A stretch of 64,000 bases of DNA from Octopus sinensis (Eukaryota), in NCBI RefSeq assembly GCF_006345805.1, contig NC_043009.1, positions 39,804,001-39,868,000 of the forward strand, given 5' to 3'. A model generated the notes under the pieces. The model had not been told where the DNA came from and did not search any database. It saw only the letters and a program-made list of their open reading frames with translations. Positions 52,858 to 64,000 of this stretch are shown here, in pieces (position 1 is the first letter of the stretch; each line of letters opens with the position of its first letter). The position numbers and the translations under genes were made by a program.

Positions 52858-53592
52858 TGTTATATGTGTATATATATATATATACTGTTACATATATTTG
52901 GCCATTCCATAGTGAACTGCAGTGGGAACATTGACAATCTGCTACCTTCATGCTCACACACACATGCGCGCGAGCACACACAAAAAAGTGTTGAGCCTTT
53001 TTTGTAGTATCTTTATAAGAAATTCAAACAGACGAATGGCACATGGAAAGAACTCTTTATTTGAGATGTTATCAAAATAAATATAAGCATAGTGATGGTC
53101 GCATATTTCAAAAACATTCTTATTACTACACAAGAACAATATGTTCTATCATTGTCTATATATATCGCTGATTTGCTATTTCTAAATTGAAAATATAATG
53201 TTTTTTTTTATATATAATATATATAACATAAATTTATATATAATATGAAACTACATCGTTTTAATATCTATCGATTTGCTGTTCTTCGTTTAGATTGTTT
53301 TACAATTTAATTTCAGATATATTCACCGCTGTAAGGCAAACGGAAACAATCGACACTTCAGTATATACGATTACACATGCATGCATTCATACATACATAC
53401 ATACGTGCATATGTACGTATATATGTGCGTGTATAAATATATCCCAAAACACACACACACACGTGCGCACACAATAACACACATAATATAAGATAAACTA
53501 TACATATACATACACACTCACACACGCATATATATACATATACATACATATACATATACATACATACACACATACATACATACATACATACA

Positions 53593-53713
<121 letters not shown>

Positions 53714-54302
53714 AGTAAATGCATTCAATAAGAAAAGCATTAAAAAAACGAAAATATTCGATAGAGTGTATACTGTAATTAATTTGGTGCACAAATATCC
53801 AGTAACGGTCATCATTTTTTAAGGTTTGCCTTCATATTATTGTTAAGTAGAATTTTTTGTTGTTTTAGTATTCAGAAACGGTGATTAGAATTTTGGCAGC
53901 TCACTATAGTGTACATATATTTGTAGATTCTTGAAGTTATAAGTTTTGCAGCTGTGAGCATACACGTGGCATTTCTCAAACATTATGTGGAGAAATTTTC
54001 GGCTAAAATTTATCTCAATAACAGGAGATATTATGAATATTTGATGCATATAATGGCGTATGTTCCATGATGTATTTTAAAGCATTTGCCTCAAAAACGT
54101 ATATTTTAGTAGCTTTTAGAGATGAGAGTGTATAATAAAACCTAAATTAAGAAATAAAAAGGTGGTCAAAAGAGGCTTCACTCATCTCCGATGAACTCCA
54201 GTTAGTAAGTAGATCAAACTGTAAGATATATAAACAAAACTACTCATAAAGACACAATAAATGCAACACCCAGTAAAAAACACAAACCTTATATATATTT
54301 CT

Positions 54303-54527
54303 TTATTGCCCACACGGGGCTAAACATAGAGGGGACAAACAAGGACAGACAAACGGATTAAGTCGATTACATCGACCCCAGTGTGTAACTGGTACTTATT
54401 TATAGACCCCGAAAGGATGAAAGGCAAAGTCGACCTCGGCGGAATTTGAACTCGGAACGTAACGGCAGACGAAATACGGTTACGCATTTCACCCGGCGTG
54501 CTGACGTTTCTGCCAGCTCGCCGCCTT
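54303..54527 (-). mobile_element. SINE family A
   Basis: Reverse complement of the 29760-29990 type. Confidence 0.85.
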
Positions 54528-54959
54528 AAACACAAACCTTATATAACTGAAGTACATACACTATAGTTATAGAATGAATGAATGTATCATTAAAATGTTA
54601 CATACAGATCACAAAATTATTCTAACCACCACAAACAAGCAATTAGAATATATTACCAAAAATAACTGCGAAATAGATTTTTATCAAAGTGAAACCAGAA
54701 GCTCAGGAACTTTCAAGCCATATAACAGATTTCAGACAGTTTTGTTTTCCATATTATCCTATGAATTCCTCGCTGCTCATCTCAAGCACCGTAGTTTCTA
54801 AATCTACCACGAACTTTTCGAAGCAATCAAGGTCATACCTTTAAGATGACCATGATATGCCAATAAAAATTTTGGCGTGTGTTGTAGCCTTTTCCTATGA
54901 GATCATCGCTATTTATCTGAGACAACGCAGTTGCAAATCCATCTTCAATGTTTCAAAGG

Positions 54960-55317
54960 GGGCTAGTCGATTAGATCGACCCCAGTTCGCTACTGGTACT
55001 TGATTTATCGACACATGAAAGGATGAAAGCCAAAGTCGATCTCGGCGGAATTTGAACTCAGAACGTAGCGGCAGACGAAATACCTATTTATTTACAAACC
55101 ACAAGGGGCTAAACACAGAGAGGACAAACAAGGACAGACACACGGATTAAGTCGATTATATAGACCCCAGTGCGTAACTGGTACTTAATTCATCGACCCC
55201 GAAAGGATGAAAGGCAAAGTCGACCTCCGCGGAATTTGAACTCAGAACGTAACGGCGGACGAAATACCACAAAGCATTTCACCCGGCATGCTAACCGTTC
55301 TGCCAGCTCGTCGCCTT
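54960..55317 (-). mobile_element. SINE family A, two modules
   Basis: Two gaaaggatgaaag.caaagtcga modules. Confidence 0.85.
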
Positions 55318-55845
55318 GCGAATAATGTAGATATTATCACTAGTATGTGAAATCTGAACACAAGAATTCTACGTTATCATTCAAATATTTTCTTTTTTAG
55401 TTTGTTAGTAACCAGTGTATATTATATATGTGTGTGTGAGAGTTTTTCTTTTACCATTGTTTTCTGCTATAACCATTGATTCCATTATTAAATGTCCATT
55501 TATATAGGGACTGCTGTAGATTTGTGATGACCACTAATGTTTTCCTATCTAGCTTTGGCATGGTAGCAGAAGAAAACTATGGAGATGTATTATACAAATG
55601 TATAACATATTTAACTATATCTACCACCGAAATAATTTAACATTGATCGATTTTTCTTTGTTTTCAATTCACCACATCTCTCTTATATAGAATTACATCA
55701 ACATAGCTATAGACATACTGACAGGTATGCAGCAACAAAGAATAATATATGCTTGCGTGTATACTTTCTATGTGCGTGGTCAGATTGCATTTGCTTGCGT
55801 GTATAAATATGTTTGTGCGTTTTTTTGTGTTTGTGTGTATATATA

Positions 55846-55896
<51 letters not shown>

Positions 55897-56758
55897 ATAT
55901 ATATATCCATATATCTATAGCTATATATACTTATATGTAGGGATAAATATATTATATATATATATACGGGTGCACGAACTTTTGTACATGCACGTGCATG
56001 AGTTCGCGTGCATTTAAATTTCTGTGTTTATATGTATGGCATGAATGCGTGAGTGCTATTTCCAATCTCTATAGAATGCACAGTTCCATTTCTGTCACGG
56101 GTATCTTAAACTGAAGAGAACTAAGTGAAAAGAATTGAACAAATTGGTAACCGCTATGCAAATGTAATATTCTAATTGTATCCAAGGAATAGATTCAGAA
56201 AGCAGCGAAGGAATAAAAGCAGGAGGGGAAACGGTAAAAATAGCAAACGTAACATGTTTCACCGTTAAAAGGATGTACAAAGATCAAAAGCCTTATTAGC
56301 TATGTTTGTCAGAAGCAATAAGTTTTATATGACACAGCACCCTGACAAATAGCATGGAATAAACATTTTCTCCCACAAAAAAAATGGCTGTTCAAAGGAA
56401 CGTTGTTTACATAAGCAGCTACCTCCTGGGACGATGGATATGAATGTCAAAGCTTCGCGTATATACTTCTTGTGATACATAAGTTAATGAGCAAATTAAA
56501 TATGATAGCATCTAATCAACGTTCGTTTTTCGGTGTAGATCGACATGTGGCAATCAAGTAAAATGACGAGTTTATTGGTGTCTCCATTTTGTTGAAAGAT
56601 GTACATATGTACTTAAACACAAACATAGATCGTTATACGTGTGTGTGTGTCTATATATATATATGTGTGTGTGTGTGTATAATGTATTAATACGAATAAG
56701 AATATATATATATATATGTGTGTGTGTGTGTATATATATATGTATATATATATAATAT

Positions 56759-56820
<62 letters not shown>

Positions 56821-58032
56821 GTAATAGATAGATTGCGAGATAGAGAGATAGATAGATACGTAGATAGATAGTTAATTCTTTCGGCTTATGAATTATACTG
56901 CAGTTTAGTTTAGTATCTTTGAAAATCTTCCTGTAAATGAGCTTAAAATTTTAATATATATACACACACAGAGATAAAAGAATAATCATACGGAATATAT
57001 CTAGTGACACTGGCGTTTCAGCTGAAACTCAATAATTTCTCACTTTTGATCTGATATTTATTATGTGTTTCCACAAACATATGCGACCCATTCGTCATTG
57101 ACCAGAAGTGATATTCTCTTATTATTGAGGCGTAAGGTTACGTCATTCATCTTATTCAGAAAGCATAAATTCACAGAAATACGACCATCCTTTTCAGCAT
57201 ACATGTATGCATGTATGTATGTATGTATATATGTATGTGTGCAGGAGCCCAAGTTTCTCTTTTCGATTCTTGCGCATTCTGTTCTTGAGCAAACCACTTC
57301 TTTCCACGCTGGTCTCAGATCACTTCTGCATAAGTATACTGTGTACCGGTAAAGGCAATGTCAGCTTCATGGGGGCTGAAAGCTAATTTACAGCATAAAT
57401 ACTTGGTCAGTGTAAACAAACTATTTGTACAGGATGTTGTTGTGGCGAGAGTCACGACAACCCCTGCGAGAATAGACTTGACCGAACAACTATAAATATT
57501 ACCGGTCTGAGTGATACAGAGAGTAGGCGTTAAGCGAAGGGAGTCGTATGGTATCGTTATGATAGTTTGTCATAATACCATTTGTTGGCTCGTGTATAGT
57601 GCGTGGAGTGTTTGTTGGATTGTACCGTTGTTGTTACTATGCTTCATTATGTAATTTAGTTACTACACGGCTATAGTGTAGAAATGTATCATCATAAATA
57701 GTGACTATGCTACAATATTTGGCGACTAGTAACCACGTTACAATAATTGGCGACGAGGATTCGAAGCTCACCCAGATCAGTTTACAAATTTTTGTGATAC
57801 AAAGTTGTTAATGCAGGAAGATCTATTAACTTCTATAATATAGTTGCAAAAACAGAAGCAAGAGCAACAACAGGAGTTGCCGAATCAACTACTTCAGCAA
57901 CAAAAAACGACAACAACAGTTAATGGAGCTATGTCTTAAGCAGTCCGGAGTCACTATAGGTTCGTTTTCGCCAAACGATGTATCGGACGCTATAACAACA
58001 TTCAGTTATAACCCAGAGGAGATGGGGCGACA

Positions 58033-58552
58033 ATGGGCCAGGACATTGAAAATTTAGTAAAATCGTGTAGTGGTTGTACGCTAGCTGCCAAGTCACCACC
58101 AGTGAAATACCAATCGTGGCCTGAGATGGATAATCTGTGGTCCAGGGTACATAATGACTACGCTGGACTAGTGAATAGCGCTTACTTTATTGTTGATAGA
58201 TTTAACAAATGGCCGGAAGTATATGGGTGCAGTCAACCACCCCGAAGGCAACAATAAAGTTCCGAATATCATAGTATCGGACAATGGAACACAATTTACA
58301 GTATACGAGTTAAAGAAATTCTGCAAAATGCATGCAATGAAGCACCTGTTTACACGGCCCTACCACCCGCGGTCAAACGTGCAAGCAGAACGATTCATAG
58401 ATACTTTCAAGCGAGCGCTAAAAATATCAAGGAACGAGTTAGGAAATGACGAAATGCTAACTAAATTCTTAAGTGTGTACAGAATAATGCCCAATCCGAA
58501 TATCAGTCCAGGCAAGTCGTCTTCAGAGCTAATGTTCACTCGAAAGACTTAA
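58033..58552 (+). pseudogene. Gypsy integrase (frameshifted)
   Basis: DIENLVKSCSGC...WSRVHNDYAG...IVDRFNKWPEV...IVSDNGTQF...PYHPRSNVQAERFIDTFKRAL. Confidence 0.9.
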
Positions 58553-59144
58553 TCGATCGTCGACAAATTTTTGCCAAAGGAAAAAAAACGTATAGAGAAA
58601 ATACAAAAAATTCGGCCAAACATTTTGATGTCGGAGACAAAGTCCATTTCAAAGTATACAAGAACGGTAAAGAGAGTTGGCAGGATGGTGTAGTGACTAA
58701 AAGGATTGGAAACATGGTGTATTTAATAAAATAGTCAACGATGGGAGAATAAGTAACACCTAAATCAATTAAAAATCAGAAATACAGAAAACAGGTAGGA
58801 AATTCCACTGAAAGTGTTTTGCATGTTCGATGTGCAAGCACCGAAAGAGATTGCGCCTAGAAGGAGCAGTAACAGAAACCATAAACAGACTGAACATTTA
58901 GAAATAATCCCTAAGCGGAAAAGTTACTGAACTCCCTAGGGAAGTAAAATTTCACAAAGGGAGAGGTGTTGGAAAGGGAGAAAAAAATAGTAATAGTAAT
59001 AAAATAAATTTAATTTCCTACGGAAGTCGAAATCTCCAAAGGGGAGATGTTGTGGCGAGAGTCACGACACTCCTTGCGAGAATAGACTTGACAGAACAAC
59101 TATAAACAGTAGTGGTCTGAGTGAGACAGAGAGTAGGCGTTAAG

Positions 59145-60073
59145 GAAAACGAAAAGGAGGAGCAAAAAGGTGAAGAAAAGAGTACCGAAGAGGTAGTACC
59201 AGTAACAGAGACAGATAGAGGTGGAGGAATTCTTCACAGTAGAGAACAGGAGGAAGAGAAAAGAACGGATGAGCTCTCCTCCAGAGAGACAATAAGGGTT
59301 GAAAAAGATTGAAATAGAGAAGAGAAACAGGTGCCAGACACCAACAGAATTAATAATGGAAGATGGAGCAGAGGCAGAAACAGTATTATAACAGGATGTG
59401 GAATGAAGCAGCGTTTATGATTTTGTTTATGATTTTTCTACACGTCCGGACAACCCAGGTCCGGAGCCGAAGCAAGCGGAGGTGAAAAGGAAAAAATACA
59501 AGTGGCATATGGTCACGTATACCTATAGTACAGCAATAGAGAAAAAGATTATAAAGTATATATCAATAATAAAAGTAAGGTTACCTCCAGAAAAATACTC
59601 GGAAAAGACTAAAGGAATCATCATAGATCGAGAGAGATTTGAGAAATTAAAAGAACTGTTTGGAAGTAGCAAAGACCCGCTAGGGGTTGAAATCGAGTTC
59701 GACGAACTACCACCATTTGAAGATTTCGAAGATTTAAAGCTACTAATGAACGTTTAAAAAAGCAAGGAAGTAAAATTTGTTATAAAAAAGAGAGGAAAAT
59801 TAGACTGTTAAAAAGTTTGGAAAAAAAAGAAGAAAAAGAACGATACAAAAATATGAAAAAAAGAATGTAAGAACGATTATTTAATTGTATAAATTAACTG
59901 GTAATTATACTGCTTGAGAGTGGGGCACAATGCAGCCATTTCATCATCATCGATTTCATTATACAATTTTTTTCATTTTTCATTCGTTTTATGTTTTTTG
60001 TTTCCACTGTGGTGTTCTGTCTGGCCTTGTGTTGTCCCCAGTATGTTGAGGCCTGGGTGCCAAATAAAGAAAA
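59145..60073 (+). mobile_element. Retroposed ~930-bp insert with 15-bp TSD and an unidentified ORF remnant
   Basis: TSD agagtaggcgttaag at 59130-59144 and 60074-60088. Ends AATAAAgaaaaa. Confidence 0.8.
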
Positions 60074-60240
60074 AGAGTAGGCGTTAAGCAAAAGGAGTCG
60101 TATGTTGTCGTTGTGATAGTTTGTCGGAATATCATTTGTTAGTTCGTGTATAGTTCGTGGAGAGTTTGTTGGATTGTACAGTTGTTGCTACCGTGCTTCA
60201 TTATATATTTTAATTACTATACGATTTTAGTGAAACAGTC

Positions 60241-60456
60241 TTTGAGATTTTTTTGCGGAGGGGTAAAAATGGTAACAAAACAGGACAGTAAAGACAGTAC
60301 AAAATATAAACAGTAAAAGACAGAACAAGGAGAATAACAGTAGCACAAACATGGAGGGCTATTAAGCCAAAGCGAAAGAAAAAATACTTTGAACGCTATT
60401 GTCTTTACTGCCCTGTTTTTGTTACCATTTTTACCCCTCCGCCAAAAAATCTCAAA
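60241..60456. repeat. Fold-back, ~56-bp arms
   Basis: Arms 60241-60296 and 60400-60456. Confidence 0.85.
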
Positions 60457-60775
60457 TTTTATTTAATTTTCTTTTGCGGGAAGGATTGTTTCATGAAGTC
60501 GTGTCTCGCCTTTACCTTCGAACGCGGAGTAGATGAAACAGTGGCGGCTGAAGAAGGGGAATGTTCTTTGTGTTGTATGTCCTGTACTCTATTTTTTCGT
60601 TGTTTAACAAAAATGTCCATTTCCTTGGTCTTGTGCTTATGTTTTCGTTTCTCATTGTGTTCGACGTTTTTTTGGTGTCCTGTACCCATATATGCATGTA
60701 GTCAATCTAAGCATGAACAAGCAAGAAAAACAACACCGCGAGGACATGGAAAGGAAAGGAAAGAAAAGAAACAGG

Positions 60776-60810
60776 ATTTCACGTTTCGAGCGGAGCGCTT
60801 CATCAGAAAT
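60776..60810 (-). ncRNA. Minimal HHR, degenerate
   Basis: AUUU-CUGAUGA-A-GCGC-UCC-GCUC-GAAA-CG-UG-AAAU. G at position 17 and a stem II mismatch make it probably inactive. Confidence 0.55.
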
Positions 60811-63200
60811 ATAGAAAAAGTCCAGAGAAGGGAAGACGAAGAAAGAAAACCACTAATGATACACACGCGGAAGGGAATGGGTGAAGAAAAAGTTATTTCA
60901 AAGACAGGAGAGTACAAGAGATGAGGTACGTGTGCGTATGTGTGTGTATGTGTGTGCACACAGGTCTGTGTGTGTGTGTGTTTGTGTGTGTATAATGATA
61001 GCATGTGTATGTGCGCACGTGTGTCTGTGTGTGTGGTTGGACTTAGTATCGTTTAAGGTTAGAGGAGGAATTTATAGTAAGAAGTTTGGTAGGAGTGGCT
61101 GTCTGTTATGTGTCTCACTACACATGTACCTAGGAGAATGGTCAGTGTTTAACTGGTAATTTGAAGTATGTGTGTGTGCGTGTATGTATATGTAGTGTGT
61201 GTGCGTCCATGTATGTATAATTGTGTGCGTGTATGTATGAGTGTGTGCTGTGTGTGTATGGGAGGTATGTATATATGTAATATATTCAACAAAGCCTAAT
61301 GGTGTGAATTTTCTAAAACTCCTTTCGGGACAAAAGGTTTTCACCATGAATTCCGTTTTAAGCGGAATCTATATGATCTGAAGCATATTTATAAAAAAGA
61401 AATATTTAATTTTCTCAAGGTTATGAAGAAGCAAATCTTTGGGGTAGAATTGTGTAAATATGCCGAAATATTTATTTATATATATATATATATATATACG
61501 AGAATGTATATAAAACTAACTCAATAAAAATGTAGGTGTGCGTTTATATATTTATATGTTTCTGCATGCATTTATACATGTATATATATGTATAAGTTTC
61601 AGAAGATATTAGAATAATGGAATAAAAGTCAGTCATAATATGAGATCTCCCAAAAATCTATTTCCCTTATTTTTATCTACTGTTTCTGGCACACATATTT
61701 ATGCAATTTTGATTTTGAAGTATTCAAAAAATTATTTGGAAATTACTAATAGAATGGTAGATTCGGTCTGTCCGTATTTTAAAACTGCGAATTAAAAAAA
61801 GAAATTGTGTGTGTCAATTTTTTTCTCCAGAAGTTCATGGCTTCATAAGAAGAAGCTTGGAAAACAGCATCAAGATAACCAATTTTCAGATTTCTTACTT
61901 CCTTTTAAAAAATGCAGATTTTGTGAATGAAACAAACTAGATCCTGAATGAGAAATGAATGTTTAATATCACATATTTTCAGATTTTTTAAATTCATTTT
62001 AAAAGGGGGCTGATACTGTGACTCTAACTAACTAGATCCAAATACAGTGAATACCATCCTCCACAATTTACTACTCATATGAAGTACATATGTATTTCAA
62101 CAATTTCTATCAAATACACTCCCTTTCTCGTGCATAAAAAATCCTCTTCCCGTGTGACAATAACTTATGGCAGCTTGTTGCACAAGTTCTAGCTGTTTTG
62201 ATAAGGGAAATCGGCATTTACTTGTACCAAATAGCACTCTTTAACTAGATAACACGTTGATCTCATAAGCGTTGCGTGGTGGAAACAAACGCAATTACCA
62301 AATTTTCAATTCATTCTTTCTTTTTTTTCTGCATTTCAATTTGTACATCTGTACTCCCGACTGCATACAAGCGTATATGTAAATCGATGTCATTTATTTT
62401 TTAATCATTATCTGCTGATATCAAAATAAGTAGTATATTGAAAAATAAAAATACTTTCGGGGGTGGGGGTGAGGGCATTTGTGACTCCAAGGGTCAAAAA
62501 AGAGCCTTTGGCCAAAATGGGTTGAGAACCTTTGATCTACATTTTCGGCTGCAACTTGGAACTCCAAGGGCTTCGTTGTCTCTTGTTCTTGCATAGCTTT
62601 CGAAGTGTGATGCAGTGGTCAAGAGTTCAAGACAGGCTTTGCTTCATGTCAATATGTCTGTCTTCTTCAATTCTTCTAGGAACATAGCCATGCAGTCTGA
62701 TTTGTTTAATTTTGTGGTATGTTGGATGTTTCACATTTTAAAAGTATATTAGTCCATATGTCTCGGTGTTCTAAGTGAAATCACAAGGGAGTGACTGCTC
62801 TTCTGGAGGTCACTTCCGAAAAAAGGTATCTTCTTTTCTGTTTTTTTTTTTTTATTAATTTGAGGTCTTCCTCTTAGACAGAAGGTGGTTTCTAACAAAG
62901 ATACATTGAAATTTAGGCAACAAAACAATGTTATATTTTGAATTAGAGAAATGTTTTGCATATTTTTACTATTCCGTTTACAGATTATGTTTGTAATGTG
63001 TGTGTTAGCTGTTCGATTTCTTTTTCTGAAAAACTCAAGCTTTCCCAAATTGTTACTTAAGCATTTACTAAAACACAAACGAAAAAACAACTGCAACAAA
63101 TATTGTTCGTATGCATCAATGTGTGCAATATAAGTGTATGTATGTTTGTATGTATGTATGTTTGTATGCATGTTTGTATATGGATGTGTGTGTATGTATA

Positions 63201-63241
<41 letters not shown>

Positions 63242-63684
63242 GCACACACACTCATACAAAAGATTACTTAAGATCTTAAGATCGGCGCATATCAAAGTGA
63301 GCACACCATATTAATGGCTTTACGATGAAACGTAAATCAATAGGCAAAGAATTCATGAAGTCCATTGATGTTTGGTAATCCATAACTCCAAGAGTACCCG
63401 AAGTTGAAGAGAATTTCAGCATGATATGAAATAGCAATAAAAATAAACGGATAGATCATACGGTATCGCTACGGTCGTTTTATTAAGAGGTTTTATTGCA
63501 TTGAAACATCGTACAGGCAGGTATATATGAAGTAGAACGTCTATAAGATGATGCAAAACACAACAGAGTGTCCCTCAAGTTATTAGGCTGTGCTGTGTTT
63601 GCATAAGAGCAAACATCGACGTCCCACTGGACAGCGTAGCTCAACGGCATCTACTGCTCAAATCAAGAAACCAACAGTCCAAAA

Positions 63685-63900
63685 ATGAAAGGAAGCTGGA
63701 ATGTAACAGGCCCATTGAAAACAGGTAATTCACTTTGGTTGTCAAAGAAAGCAGACATAACAAAAAGGATTGGCCAGATGAATAAGGAATTGCTAACCAA
63801 ATATTGATTAGAAAACAAAGGCTAAGATTAGAGAAGAGATATGTGGCAATTCCCATCTCAAACTTCCAATGACCGTGGCGACATCCCATGTAGTAAAGCG
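63685..63900 (+). pseudogene. Possible RTE endonuclease N-terminal remnant
   Basis: GSWNV and LVVKESRHNKKDWPDE resemble the RTE APE motifs TWNVRT...E..RWP.EG. Confidence 0.35.
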
Positions 63901-64000
63901 TATATTAGCTAACTTCACAAGTATCAAATAGAAGTTTTATTTACTTCATTGGTGCATGCCGCGGACATTATTTACAAAGAGACCTTCTTTTCAATTTTAT

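Larger units (their letters stand above)
57438..60235 (+). mobile_element. Internally deleted Gypsy (Mag-like) LTR retrotransposon
   Basis: 5' LTR 57438-~57745. PBS TGGCGACGAGGAT at 57748-57760 (complementary to the tRNA-Ser(GCU) 3' end as I recall it). gag start fused to integrase. PPT ggggaga at 59041. 3' LTR starts at 59048 and is interrupted. Confidence 0.9.

Noticed and set aside
62560-62725. Protein-like minus-strand stretch (KLNKSDCMAMFLEELKK...)
   Set aside because: Internal stop, no splice support, no recognised family.
63265-63345. CUUAAGA...GAAACGUA HHR-like pattern
   Set aside because: The core is mutated and the stems are unconvincing.

Overview
AT-rich, microsatellite-dense eukaryotic DNA. 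The SINE families and repeat landscape look like an Octopus-type cephalopod genome (inference). I found no host protein-coding exon I can support, and almost all listed ORFs are microsatellite read-through. Recognisable decayed TEs include RTE, CR1-like and R4/Dong-like LINE ends, three Tc1/mariner remnants, a hAT-like transposase and MITE, a DINE/HINE-like element, a deleted Gypsy LTR element and many SINEs. The main hidden signal is RNA-level. By eye I count about 20 type I hammerhead ribozyme (HHR)-like cores in about 6 sequence families; 11 have an exact CUGANGA/GAAA/UH core, and all families have a self-complementary stem III. Two unrelated ~465 and ~480 bp HHR-bearing tandem arrays (retrozyme-like; 20851-22015 and 44962-47454) each carry a head-to-head inverted copy on their 5' side. 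Two Penelope-like (PLE) remnants in the same window (2022-2814, 38771-39574) have the same architecture. This suggests a PLE-driven retrozyme/fold-back system. Caveat: the array copies differ mainly by 1-bp indels, so raw-read validation is needed.
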